Shown one piece after another: positions 30,883 through 40,084 of a DNA stretch of 64,000 nt. The DNA is from Hydrurus foetidus. Taxonomy: Eukaryota. Position numbers and translations under genes: made by a program. The number at the start of each line of letters is the position of its first letter. Positions within the stretch are counted from its first letter, which is position 1. The stretch lies in assembly GCA_900617105.1 (NCBI GenBank), contig UYFQ01000001.1, positions 3,038,001 through 3,102,000 on the forward strand, in the 5' to 3' direction. The notes under the pieces were generated by a model. It worked only from the letters and a program-made list of their open reading frames with translations, was not told where the DNA came from and did not search any database.

Positions 30883-31827
30883 GTGGACACCCGTATCAAC
30901 TCTTCTCTTCCCGTTTCTGTTTCCGCTCCTTCTTTTTTCATTTCGCCGCATGAGCTTGGCAGCCGCTTTGGCCATGCCGATGCGCCGTTGCTGCTGGATG
31001 TGCGGCCGCAAGGCCGCTATGACGGCAGCTCGCGAATGCTGGTGGGTGCGCAGCGTTGTGCGCCACAAGACGTGCCTGCTTTTGCAGCAGCTTTGTCTGC
31101 TTCAGATCCTGATCGAGCGGTGGTGGCTTACTGCGTGTATGGCCACGAAGTCAGCGCAGACGCGGCTGCGGCTTTGCGTCGGGCGGGCCTAAATGCACAA
31201 GCGCTGGCCGGCGGATTTGAGCGCGGGCAAGACGGCGTAGACGACGCGCAAGATATTGCCAAGTGGCGCTTGACGCCATCGCTCACCTTTGCCAAGCGCC
31301 CTGACTGGGGTGTGCCGAACGAACAAGCATCGCGCTGGGTTACGCGGGCGCGCCCCAAAATCGACCGTATTGCTTGCCCCTGGCTGATACGCCGTTTCAT
31401 CGACCCGCGTGCCGAGTTCTTTTATGTGCTAACTGAGCAGGTGTTTAGCGAGGCTACGCGCCTGAATGCGGTGGCTTTCGACATACCGGGCGCGCCGGTA
31501 TCGCACGTCGGCGAGTTGTGCAGTTTTGACGCTTTGTTGGCTGGGTTTGAATTAAGCACACCGGGTCTTGAGCAGCTGGCGCGCATCGTGCGCGGTGCAG
31601 ACACCGACTGCTTGAGTCTGGCACCCCAGTCAGCGGGCTTGTTGGCTTTTTCACTAGGCTTGTCGCAACTGCATGCTGATGACCACGCCATGCTGGAAGC
31701 AGCGATGCCGTTTTATGACGCGCTTTACGCGTGGTGCAGCGGAGCGCAAAACGAGCCGCACAACTGGGCTCCGCAAAGTAGCGCTCCGCAAAACAGCGCG
31801 GCCACCACCCCACGCACAACCTCATGA
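30883..31827 (+). CDS. Rhodanese + chromate-resistance (ChrB-family) domain protein
   Basis: LLDVR...YCVYGHEVS rhodanese; WVTRARPKIDRIACPWLIRRFID, CSFDA, YDALYAW; GTG start after GGAG. Confidence 0.85.
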   Translation: MDTRINSSLPVSVSAPSFFISPHELGSRFGHADAPLLLDVRPQGRYDGSSRMLVGAQRCAPQDVPAFAAALSASDPDRAVVAYCVYGHEVSADAAAALRRAGLNAQALAGGFERGQDGVDDAQDIAKWRLTPSLTFAKRPDWGVPNEQASRWVTRARPKIDRIACPWLIRRFIDPRAEFFYVLTEQVFSEATRLNAVAFDIPGAPVSHVGELCSFDALLAGFELSTPGLEQLARIVRGADTDCLSLAPQSAGLLAFSLGLSQLHADDHAMLEAAMPFYDALYAWCSGAQNEPHNWAPQSSAPQNSAATTPRTTS

Positions 31828-33197
31828 CCACGTCCGATTCGAGCCACCCAGCCCCAGTGCTCTTTAGCGAGGCGCTGCGCTTTTGGCTGCAGCTGGGCTT
31901 TATCAGCTTCGGCGGGCCTGCTGGGCAAATTGCCATCATGCACCGCGAGCTGGTAGAGCGCCGCCGATGGATTTCTGAAAAACGGTTTTTGCATGCGCTG
32001 AACTTTTGTATGCTGTTGCCTGGGCCTGAAGCGCAGCAACTGGCCACCTATCTGGGTTGGTTAATGCACCGTACCAAAGGTGGCGTGGTGGCGGGTGTGC
32101 TGTTTGTGCTGCCTTCGCTGGCGCTCCTGATTGTGCTGAGCTGGGTGTACATGGCGTTCGGCCAGCAACCCGTGGTGGCCGGAATTTTTTACGGCATTAA
32201 ACCGGCGGTGGCGGCGATTGTGCTCCACGCGCTTCACCGCATTGCCAGTAAATCACTGGGCAACCCTATGTTGGCGCCCGTTCCATGGGCGCTAGCAGCT
32301 ACTAGTTTTGTAGCGGTGTGGGCTTTGAACGTTCCGTTTCCGTGGGTGGTGTTGACCGCGCTGCTGCTGGGCGCGGTGTTGTCACGGCTGGCGCCCGGTG
32401 CGCTGGCCAAGGGCGGCGGCCATGCTGCCAAAAACGGCGCTAAGCACTTGCCTGCGCTGATTGATGACGATACGCCCACGCCGCCGCATGCGTTGTTCAA
32501 GCTGCCGCGGCTGGCGCTGGTGCTGCTGGTGGGCGCTGCGCTGTGGCTGCTGCCCATGGCATGGCTGCTGGGCAGCTACGGCTGGCAGGGCACGCTTACG
32601 CAGATTGGCTGGTTTTTTACCAAGGCCGCGCTGCTGACCTTTGGCGGTGCGTATGCCGTGTTGCCTTACGTTAATCAAGCAGCAGTTGAGCATTATCAGT
32701 GGCTGACCACCGCACAAATGATGGACGGCTTGGCGCTGGGCGAAACTACGCCGGGCCCGCTCATCATCATTGTGGCGTTCGTCGGTTTTGTTGCCGGTTG
32801 GGGCAAAGAGGTGTTAGGGCCTGACGCGCTATTTTTAGGCGCAGCGTTGGCGGGTTGCGTGGCCACGTGGTTCACGTTTTTGCCGTCGTTCATCTTTATT
32901 TTGGCGGGCGGGCCTTACGTAGAGTCGACCCGTGGCAACCTCAAGCTGACCGCGCCGCTAGCGGCAGTCACGGCGGCTGTGGTGGGCGTCATTGCTAACC
33001 TTGCGGTATTTTTTATAGCGGCGGTGACTTTTCCAAAAGGCCCGCCCAATGTGTTTGGCTATCAGCCAGACTGGATAGCGTTAAGCATATTGGCGGCGTC
33101 ATTGTTCGCGCTGTGGCAGCTGAAGTGGGGTGTGATCAGAGTGATTGCGGCAGCTGCTGTAACCGGGCTGGCGCTGCGTTTAGCTGGCTTGGCATGA
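31824..33197 (+). CDS. chrA: Chromate efflux transporter (long-chain CHR)
   Basis: FGGPAGQIA, LPGPEAQQL, TFGGAYAVL, TPGP; two homologous halves. Confidence 0.93.
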   Translation: MTTSDSSHPAPVLFSEALRFWLQLGFISFGGPAGQIAIMHRELVERRRWISEKRFLHALNFCMLLPGPEAQQLATYLGWLMHRTKGGVVAGVLFVLPSLALLIVLSWVYMAFGQQPVVAGIFYGIKPAVAAIVLHALHRIASKSLGNPMLAPVPWALAATSFVAVWALNVPFPWVVLTALLLGAVLSRLAPGALAKGGGHAAKNGAKHLPALIDDDTPTPPHALFKLPRLALVLLVGAALWLLPMAWLLGSYGWQGTLTQIGWFFTKAALLTFGGAYAVLPYVNQAAVEHYQWLTTAQMMDGLALGETTPGPLIIIVAFVGFVAGWGKEVLGPDALFLGAALAGCVATWFTFLPSFIFILAGGPYVESTRGNLKLTAPLAAVTAAVVGVIANLAVFFIAAVTFPKGPPNVFGYQPDWIALSILAASLFALWQLKWGVIRVIAAAAVTGLALRLAGLA

Positions 33198-33200
33198 GTC

Positions 33201-33254
33201 AATTAGCCGATTAGCTCAATAAATTCGGGCGCGAGCAGCTATTAGTTCAATAGC
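33201..33254 (+). repeat. Dispersed 55-bp element, copy H
   Basis: TAGCTCAATAAATTCGGGCGCGAGCAGCTATTAGTTCAATAGC. Confidence 0.9.
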
Positions 33255-33275
33255 AATTTAAGAACTTGTCGCGGT

Positions 33276-34148
33276 CTACAGCTCAATCACAGCGGCCAGT
33301 GGCGCGTGGTCAGACAAGTGCGACCAGGGTTTTCGCGGCAACACAGACGGCTTGTGCCCAATGGCGTTTCGCACGTAAATACGGTCTAGCCGCAGCAGCG
33401 GCCTGCGCGCCGGAAAGGTGCGCGCAGGGTGGCCGTTGGCTGTCACAAACACTTCATGCAGGCCCGCGCCGTCGGCCAGCTGGGTTAGCGCGCGGTGCCG
33501 CCAATCATTAAAGTCACCGGCCACTACCAGCGGTGCATGGGGCGGAACTTCTTTTTTAATTAACGCGCAGAGCTTGTCCATTTGCAGCGTGCGGTGGTCT
33601 TCCCGCAGGCTGAGGTGAACGCACACCGCGTGCAGGTTCACGCTGTGCCCGGGGATTTGCAGCTCGCAGTGCAGAAGGCCGCGCCGCTCGGGCCCGCTGA
33701 TGGACACGTCGTGGTTTTGAAACCGCACAATCGGAAACTTAGACATCACTGCGTTGCCGTGGTCGCCCTTGTCATACACGGCGTTTTGACCGTACGCAAA
33801 TTCAGGCCAAATGCTGTCGGCTAAAAATTCGTAGTGCGGCGTGTCGGGGTAGTTGTCAAACTTGTCGCCATGCTGGGTGTGGCTGCCCGTCACTTCTTGC
33901 AAAAACACCACGTCTGCGCCAATTTTGCGGACGGCTTCGCGCAACTCGGGCAAAATAAATTTGCGATTAAAAAAAGTGAAGCCTTTGTGGATATTGACCG
34001 TGAGCACCTTGATAGAGAAGGTTTTGGCTGCAGTGGCTAACGCCTCTTTTGCCTCGGCACGCACGTCGGCGTCGGCCAATGGGGCTGGTAAAGCAGGCTT
34101 GGCTTTTTTGGTTTTGGCTCTGGTGTCGAGCGATTCGGGTGGGGTCAT
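33276..34148 (-). CDS. Endonuclease/exonuclease/phosphatase family protein (YbhP-like)
   Basis: TVNIHKG, LQEV, HGNA, AGDFNDW, LDRIY, SDH. Confidence 0.9.
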   Translation of the reverse strand: MTPPESLDTRAKTKKAKPALPAPLADADVRAEAKEALATAAKTFSIKVLTVNIHKGFTFFNRKFILPELREAVRKIGADVVFLQEVTGSHTQHGDKFDNYPDTPHYEFLADSIWPEFAYGQNAVYDKGDHGNAVMSKFPIVRFQNHDVSISGPERRGLLHCELQIPGHSVNLHAVCVHLSLREDHRTLQMDKLCALIKKEVPPHAPLVVAGDFNDWRHRALTQLADGAGLHEVFVTANGHPARTFPARRPLLRLDRIYVRNAIGHKPSVLPRKPWSHLSDHAPLAAVIEL

Positions 34149-34221
34149 GAAGAGCGATGGAATAACAATCGACCATTGTTACGCCGATGCCGCCAAGTTG
34201 CTTGTAAGACGGCAGGCTAAT

Positions 34222-35073
34222 TTATGCAGCGCGCCCCACCGTTTTGTGTAACCAACCCAGCCCAGCTGATGTTCCACCAGGCTGGCCGCCCTGTTTAGGC
34301 CGGTATTCGCAGCCGACCCAGCCTTGCCAGTTGCATTGAGCGCTGACTTCGTCGATCACTTCAAACAAATACGCGTAGTTCAACTCGCCCCTATCCGGCT
34401 CATGCCGCTCGGGCACACCAGCGACTTGAAAATGGCCGACGTTGCCGGTGGGCAAGTATTTGCGGATCTTCATGGCCACATCGCCTTCAACAATCTGGCA
34501 GTGGTACAGGTCCATTTGCACTTTGAGGTTGGGCGCATCAACCAAGCCAATGATTTCATGCGCGTGGTCTTGCCGGTTCAAGAAAAAGCGCGGAATGTCG
34601 CGCGTGTTGATCGGCTCCATCAGCACGTCCAGGCCCGCTTTTGCCGCTTCGTTTGCGGCCCAGCGCAAATTGTTGATGTAGGTGCGTTGCACGTCTTCAC
34701 GCGATAGACCGTCGGGGATCAAACCCGCCATGAGATGAATGCGCGGGCAATTGAGTGCTTCGGCATAGCTCAGCGCCAGCGCAACGCCTGCTTTAAATTC
34801 TGCTTCACGCCCCGGCAGGCAGGCCGTGCCCTTGCTGCCGTCTACGTCCCACGCTTTGGCGATGCTGGCGGCGTCCGTGCCGCCCGGGGGCGCGTTGAAT
34901 AGCACTTGCTGCAAGTTGTTGGCTTTGAGGCGTGCGGCCAGCTCTGTTGCTGGATGCGCGTAGGGGAAAAGGTACTCAACGGCTTTGAAGCCGTCTTGCG
35001 CAGCGGCTTCAAAGCGATCCAAGAACGGCAGTTCAACGTACATCATGGAAAGGTTGGCGGCAAATTTAGGCAT
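34222..35073 (-). CDS. otnI: 2-oxo-tetronate isomerase (Hyi family)
   Basis: [30 protein letters not shown]; cluster context. Confidence 0.85.
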   Translation of the reverse strand: MPKFAANLSMMYVELPFLDRFEAAAQDGFKAVEYLFPYAHPATELAARLKANNLQQVLFNAPPGGTDAASIAKAWDVDGSKGTACLPGREAEFKAGVALALSYAEALNCPRIHLMAGLIPDGLSREDVQRTYINNLRWAANEAAKAGLDVLMEPINTRDIPRFFLNRQDHAHEIIGLVDAPNLKVQMDLYHCQIVEGDVAMKIRKYLPTGNVGHFQVAGVPERHEPDRGELNYAYLFEVIDEVSAQCNWQGWVGCEYRPKQGGQPGGTSAGLGWLHKTVGRAA

Positions 35074-35089
35074 GTGTTTTGAGTAAGGG

Positions 35090-35773
35090 TTACCAGACAG
35101 CGCCAAAGGTTTGGCGCAGGTCCTCAATCTGTGCTTCTGTCAGTGGCGCGGTGTTGGGTTGCAAGCACGCGAGTTTGGCGGTTTCTTCAAGTTCTTCAAG
35201 TACAGCCATCGCGTCAAACGGACTGGCCGCCCACACGTTGGGCCCCAAGCGCGGCAGCATGACCGCGCTGATGGGCGTGCCGCGTTCGCCGTACTGGGCG
35301 ATGGTGTTGGCGACCGCTAGCGCTGCGGCGGGGTCGCCGGGGCGGTGGTAGTTGATAACGGGCACATGGCCAACCTTCATGACGAAGTAGGGCGTCAATG
35401 GGCCAAGGAGTTCAGCACCCAGCAGCTCAGACGCAGTCGTTTGCAAACTCAAGGCCACGCAGTGCGTGCTGTGGGTGTGAATGATGCAGCCCGCAGGGTT
35501 GCTAAATGAGGCTGTAGCCGAATAAATACGGGCGTGAAGCGCTATGGTTTTACTAGCTTTTTCACCACTGACTTGCTTTGCGTTGCTGTCTAGCTTGGCC
35601 AATGTGGCGGGGTCTAAAAACCCTAAACACGCATCGGTAGGCGTGATGAGAAATCCGTCGCCGAGCTTGACGCTGATGTTGCCTGCCGCGCCTTGCACGT
35701 AACCCCGGTCAAACAGGCTTTTGCCGACGCGGCAAATGTCTTCTCTGGCTTGGGATTCTCTTGAAAGCGTCAT
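35090..35773 (-). CDS. otnC: 3-oxo-tetronate 4-phosphate decarboxylase (class II aldolase)
   Basis: [32 protein letters not shown]; follows otnK. Confidence 0.82.
   Translation of the reverse strand: MTLSRESQAREDICRVGKSLFDRGYVQGAAGNISVKLGDGFLITPTDACLGFLDPATLAKLDSNAKQVSGEKASKTIALHARIYSATASFSNPAGCIIHTHSTHCVALSLQTTASELLGAELLGPLTPYFVMKVGHVPVINYHRPGDPAAALAVANTIAQYGERGTPISAVMLPRLGPNVWAASPFDAMAVLEELEETAKLACLQPNTAPLTEAQIEDLRQTFGAVW
35503..35557 (+). repeat. Copy I of the 55-bp element superimposed on otnC (antisense)
   Basis: GGCTGTAGCCGAATAAATACGGGCGTGAAGCGCTAT-GGTTTTA-CTAGC. Confidence 0.8.
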
Positions 35774-37110
35774 GCCAGCATCTTAAAAGCTTCTAGAAAG
35801 AAGTCAGTGCCGCCGAAGTTGCCAGACTTTAAGGTGATGTGAATTCCCTCGCTTGAAGCAGCCAGACGCCGGGCCGCCCCAAGGCTGGCACGGCCCCCTC
35901 GGGGGGCAGGAACGACACGCAGTGCCGGCCGTGGGGGCTCACAGTAAGTCCACGGCACACCCGGCGCAATCTGTGGGCCTATTTGCATTTGGTTGATGCC
36001 GAGCGCCTGCACGCAAGCACCTGATGTTTCGCCGCCCGCCACAATCAACTGCCGCACGCCCAGCGCGACCAGCCCTTTGGCAACGGCGGCCAGTGTTCGC
36101 TCAACCAATGCGCCTGCTTCTTCAACCCCCAATTGGCGCTGTACCGCTTTGATGGCACTGCTTTCAGCCGTTGAGTAAATCAGTACAGGGCCGCTTTGCA
36201 ACAGCGGCGCGGCCCACGCCAGCGCTTCTGCGGCGACGTCAATACCGCGCGCAACGCGCAGTGGATCAATCGCCAAGGCAGGCCTTCCGGCGGTGATAAA
36301 AGCCAACACCTGCGCGTTGGTGGCCAGCGAGCAACTGCCCGAGACCACCGCTTGCAAACCGCAGGCTTGGGGCAACACGCTTGATTGTTCTGATGGCGCG
36401 ATGCCGAAGTTTTGCGGCAACCCAATCGCCACGCCAGAGCCCGCAGTGACCAGCGGCATGCCTTTGAGGGCAGGGCCCAGGCGCATCAAGTCGTCGTTGC
36501 TGATGGCGTCAACAATCGCGATGCCAACGCCTGCTGCTTTCAGCTCGATGATGCGTGCCTTCACAGCCTCAGCGCCACGCGCCACTACGCTGTAGTCCAC
36601 CAGCCCCACTGTGTGCCGCGTTTGCGCTTGCAGTACTCGCACCAGGTTCGCGTCCGTCATGGGTGTGAGTGGGTGGTCTTGCATGCCGCTTTCGTTTAGC
36701 AGCATGTCGCCCGCGAACAAGTGGCCTTTAAACACCGTGCGTTTGTTGTCAGGAAATGCGGGCGTGGCAATGGTGAAGTCTGTGCCCAGTGCGTCCATCA
36801 GCGCATCCGTTACCGGGCCAATATTTCCTTGCGCCGTGCTGTCAAACGTGGAGCAGTATTTGAAGTAAATTTGCTGCGCGCCCTGCGACTGCAACCATGC
36901 CAACGCAGCCAACGATTGCGCAATCGCCTCTTGCGGGGGAGTGGTGCGGGACTTGAGCGCCACCACCACCGCGTCAACATCAGCACGCAATGGCGAAGTC
37001 GGCACGCCAATGGTTTGCACCACGCGCATACCCGCGCGGACCAAATTGTTTGCTAGGTCGCTGGCGCCGGTGAAGTCATCGGCAATGCAGCCTAAAAGAA
37101 TCTGCGACAT
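35770..37110 (-). CDS. otnK: 3-oxo-tetronate kinase (DUF1537 four-carbon acid sugar kinase)
   Basis: IADDFTGASD, KYCSTFDST.QGNIGP, HPLTPM, GGETSG, LKSGNFG. Confidence 0.92.
   Translation of the reverse strand: MSQILLGCIADDFTGASDLANNLVRAGMRVVQTIGVPTSPLRADVDAVVVALKSRTTPPQEAIAQSLAALAWLQSQGAQQIYFKYCSTFDSTAQGNIGPVTDALMDALGTDFTIATPAFPDNKRTVFKGHLFAGDMLLNESGMQDHPLTPMTDANLVRVLQAQTRHTVGLVDYSVVARGAEAVKARIIELKAAGVGIAIVDAISNDDLMRLGPALKGMPLVTAGSGVAIGLPQNFGIAPSEQSSVLPQACGLQAVVSGSCSLATNAQVLAFITAGRPALAIDPLRVARGIDVAAEALAWAAPLLQSGPVLIYSTAESSAIKAVQRQLGVEEAGALVERTLAAVAKGLVALGVRQLIVAGGETSGACVQALGINQMQIGPQIAPGVPWTYCEPPRPALRVVPAPRGGRASLGAARRLAASSEGIHITLKSGNFGGTDFFLEAFKMLA
35861..35938 (-). repeat. GC-rich palindromic element inserted in-frame in otnK
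   Basis: Reverse complement GCCCCCACGGCCGGCACTGCGTGTCGTTCCTGCCCCCCGAGGGGGCCGTGCCAGCCTTGGGGCGGCCCGGCG. Confidence 0.78.
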
Positions 37111-37116
37111 GGCGGT

Positions 37117-38130
37117 TTAATTCAGAATAGGTAGCGCGATGGCCTGCGGGTTCTCGCACACATAACCCCGAATAATCTGCTCAAAATCAGCATCGCTTTG
37201 CAGGCCCAGTGCCTGGGCGCGCGGGGTCTGAATATTGCCTGGCCATGTGTTGACTATTTTTTCAATCGCCGGGTCAGCCCGCCAATCTAGCAACGCGGTG
37301 GCTGCAGGCCCAGCCACCCGCTCTAGTGCTTGCGCCATCGCGCCAACAGTCGTCATCAAGCCCGGTAGCGTCATCGCGGTGCGTGGCCCCCACTGCGCAG
37401 CGCTGGTCTGTGCTGCGCACAGCAGCCCTTCAATTGCGCGGGCGGGCGATGCCAGTGCGACCGGCGTGTTGGGCTGCACCGGGCAAACAGCCCGCACGCC
37501 TGCCAGCGGCTCGCGAATCATTCCGCTTAAAAAGCTTGACGCGGCGCCGTTGGGCTTGCCCGGGCGAACGGACACCGTCATCAGGCGCACGCTGCGGCCA
37601 TCGACAAATCCTCTGCGGGCATAGTCAGCCACCAATTGCTCGCCAATGAATTTTTGTATGCCGTAGCTGCTTTGCGGCGTTGGCAACGTGGCATCGCCCA
37701 ACACGGCAGACAAGGGCTGCTGCGCTGAGTGGCCAAACACGGCCAGCGAGCTTGAAAACACCAGCACCGGCCGCGTGCCGAGTTTGCGGCAGGCCTCCAG
37801 CAGCATGCGCGTGGCGTCAACATTGCTTCGCATGCCAAGGTCAAAGTCAGCCTCGCATTCACCACTGACGGCGGCGGCCAAATGAAACGCCAGTGATGTG
37901 TCAAGAGCCAATAATTGCCCGCCCTGCAATTGGTCATATAAATCGCCTGCGATGAAAACTACGCGTGGGTCATTCCGCAAATCGTCTGGCGGTGCAACAC
38001 GGTCCGCCAAGGTCAAACGCTCAATAGCTTGCGGCGAAGCGCCAGCCAAAGACAACGAATTCATGTCCAGCAAGGTGCGCGCCAGGCGCACCCCCAAAAA
38101 GCCGCAACCGCCGGTGATTAAAATATTCAT
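37117..38130 (-). CDS. denD: D-erythronate dehydrogenase (extended SDR)
   Basis: ITGGCGFLG, HLAAAVSGECE, SYGIQK, RPGKPNGAASSF. Confidence 0.85.
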   Translation of the reverse strand: MNILITGGCGFLGVRLARTLLDMNSLSLAGASPQAIERLTLADRVAPPDDLRNDPRVVFIAGDLYDQLQGGQLLALDTSLAFHLAAAVSGECEADFDLGMRSNVDATRMLLEACRKLGTRPVLVFSSSLAVFGHSAQQPLSAVLGDATLPTPQSSYGIQKFIGEQLVADYARRGFVDGRSVRLMTVSVRPGKPNGAASSFLSGMIREPLAGVRAVCPVQPNTPVALASPARAIEGLLCAAQTSAAQWGPRTAMTLPGLMTTVGAMAQALERVAGPAATALLDWRADPAIEKIVNTWPGNIQTPRAQALGLQSDADFEQIIRGYVCENPQAIALPILN

Positions 38131-38161
38131 TGCTTAACCTTGGGCAGAGTATTGAAGAACT

Positions 38162-39064
38162 TCATGGTGACCGGGTTGTTGCCTCGGGCAAAGTGATGCC
38201 GGGGAAGATTTTGATCACTGCGCTGTCGTCTTCATCAGCAAAGCCTGCGGTGGATGCCTGCATAAACATTTGGTGCGCGGTAGACGACAGCGGCAACGGA
38301 AATTTGCTGGCACGCGCCATGTCCAGCACCAGCCCCAAGTCCTTGACGAAAATATCTACCTTTGACAGCGGCGTGTAGTCCCCTGCCAGCACGTGCGCCA
38401 TGCGGTTTTCAAACATCCAGCTGTTGCCAGCGCTGTGGGTGATGACTTCGTACAGCGCGGCCGCGTCAACCCCCTCACGCAGGCCGAGCGCCATTGCCTC
38501 GGCCGCAGCCGCAATGTGTACGCCTGCCAGCAATTGATTAATGACTTTGACTTTGCTGCCCGCGCCAGCTTTGTCGTCCAACTTGTACAGCGTACCTGCC
38601 ATGGCGCGCAAAAAGGGTTCGGCCACCGCGTAGGCCTCAGGTTTGCCTGCGCTCATCATGGTCATCTCACCGCTCGCCGCGCGAGCTGCGCCACCTGAAA
38701 TCGGTGCGTCGATATACAAAATACCGAGTGCAGCGAGGCGCGCTTCAAGGGCAATTGACCAATTAGGGTCCACGGTAGAGCACATCACGAACACGCTGCC
38801 GGGTGCCATGGCGCTGGCACAGCCCTGCTCGCCAAACAGCACGCTTTCGGTTTGTGCAGCATTCACGACGACCGAAACCACCACACTGCAATGGCTGGCC
38901 AACCCAGCAAGAGATGCACATGCGGTTCCGCCACCCACTGCAAAGGCTTCGACCACTTCGCTGCGTACATCAAAAACAAAGGGCACATGCCCTGCCCGAC
39001 GCAGCGATTGCGCCATTCCGCTGCCCATGGCGCCCAAGCCGATCAGGCCAACATTTGTTGTCAT
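38162..39064 (-). CDS. ltnD: L-threonate dehydrogenase (beta-hydroxyacid dehydrogenase family)
   Basis: GLGAMGSGMA, DAPISGG, KVINQLLAG, NSWMFENR, IFVKDL; start MTTNVG. Confidence 0.87.
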   Translation of the reverse strand: MTTNVGLIGLGAMGSGMAQSLRRAGHVPFVFDVRSEVVEAFAVGGGTACASLAGLASHCSVVVSVVVNAAQTESVLFGEQGCASAMAPGSVFVMCSTVDPNWSIALEARLAALGILYIDAPISGGAARAASGEMTMMSAGKPEAYAVAEPFLRAMAGTLYKLDDKAGAGSKVKVINQLLAGVHIAAAAEAMALGLREGVDAAALYEVITHSAGNSWMFENRMAHVLAGDYTPLSKVDIFVKDLGLVLDMARASKFPLPLSSTAHQMFMQASTAGFADEDDSAVIKIFPGITLPEATTRSP

Positions 39065-39074
39065 AGTTAATCTT

Positions 39075-40058
39075 TCAGCCGAGCGTGATTTTTGCGTAAC
39101 TTGCAACGCGCTTCCATTTGGCGGCATCAGCAGACATGAAAGCGCCCATCAACTGCGTATTCAAAAAGCTCACATCTGCTCCGCGTGACTCCATGGCGCG
39201 CAAGATGTCAGCATCACGCGTCAGCTTCTCGAGTGCTTGCTCTAAGCGCGCCACCACCGCTGGGGGCGTACCTGCCGGTGCGCAAAGACCATACCAAGCG
39301 CTGACATCAAAGTCTGGCAATCCAGACTCCGCCAGCGTTGGAACGTTGGCAATTGTCTTGTTGCGCACGCGCGTTGTAACAGCCAATGCTTTGACGCTGC
39401 CGCCTTGAATTTGCCCAATCACCGACGGCAGGTTTTCAAACATCATGTCGACTTCGCCCGCGATCAACCCGGTCACCGCCTGCGCCGCGCCGCGGTACGG
39501 AATGTGGGTGATGAAAGTACCGGTGGTACTTTTCAGCAGCTCGGCACTTAAATGCAGCGACGTGCCGTTGCCGTTGGACGCATAGTTGAGTTTGCCGGGC
39601 ATGCCTTTGGCTTTGGCCAGCAACTCGGCCACGGTGTTGATGCCGCTTTTAGGGTTGACGAGCAGCACATTTGGTACGCGGCCAATCAACCCTACAGGAA
39701 TGATTTGCTCTGGCTTATACGGCATCACGGCATACAGCGCCGGGCTGATGGTCAGTGGCGGCGACGCCATCAGTAGCGTGTAGCCGTCAGGCGTGCTGCG
39801 TGCTACCTCAGCCGCGCCCAGGTTGCCACCTGCGCCCGGCTTGTTTTCAATCACTACCGCCTGCCCCAGTTCTTGTGCCAGGCGGGGGCTGACAAGCCTG
39901 GCCATGGTGTCGATTAACCCGCCGGGCGGGAACGGCACGATCAGTTTGATGGGTTTGGCGGGAAAGCTTTGTGCGCTGGCAAAACCCGGTGCAAATAACA
40001 GGGCAGCACCGACGGCCTGGAAAAGTTGACGACGTTGAAAGACGTTTGGTTTTGGCAT
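39075..40058 (-). CDS. Bug/TctC tripartite tricarboxylate transporter solute-binding protein
   Basis: IVPFPPGG, ENKPGAGG, PDGYTL, HIPYRG. Confidence 0.92.
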   Translation of the reverse strand: MPKPNVFQRRQLFQAVGAALLFAPGFASAQSFPAKPIKLIVPFPPGGLIDTMARLVSPRLAQELGQAVVIENKPGAGGNLGAAEVARSTPDGYTLLMASPPLTISPALYAVMPYKPEQIIPVGLIGRVPNVLLVNPKSGINTVAELLAKAKGMPGKLNYASNGNGTSLHLSAELLKSTTGTFITHIPYRGAAQAVTGLIAGEVDMMFENLPSVIGQIQGGSVKALAVTTRVRNKTIANVPTLAESGLPDFDVSAWYGLCAPAGTPPAVVARLEQALEKLTRDADILRAMESRGADVSFLNTQLMGAFMSADAAKWKRVASYAKITLG

Positions 40059-40084
40059 GGTTTTATGGCATCCAGAAAGATGTT

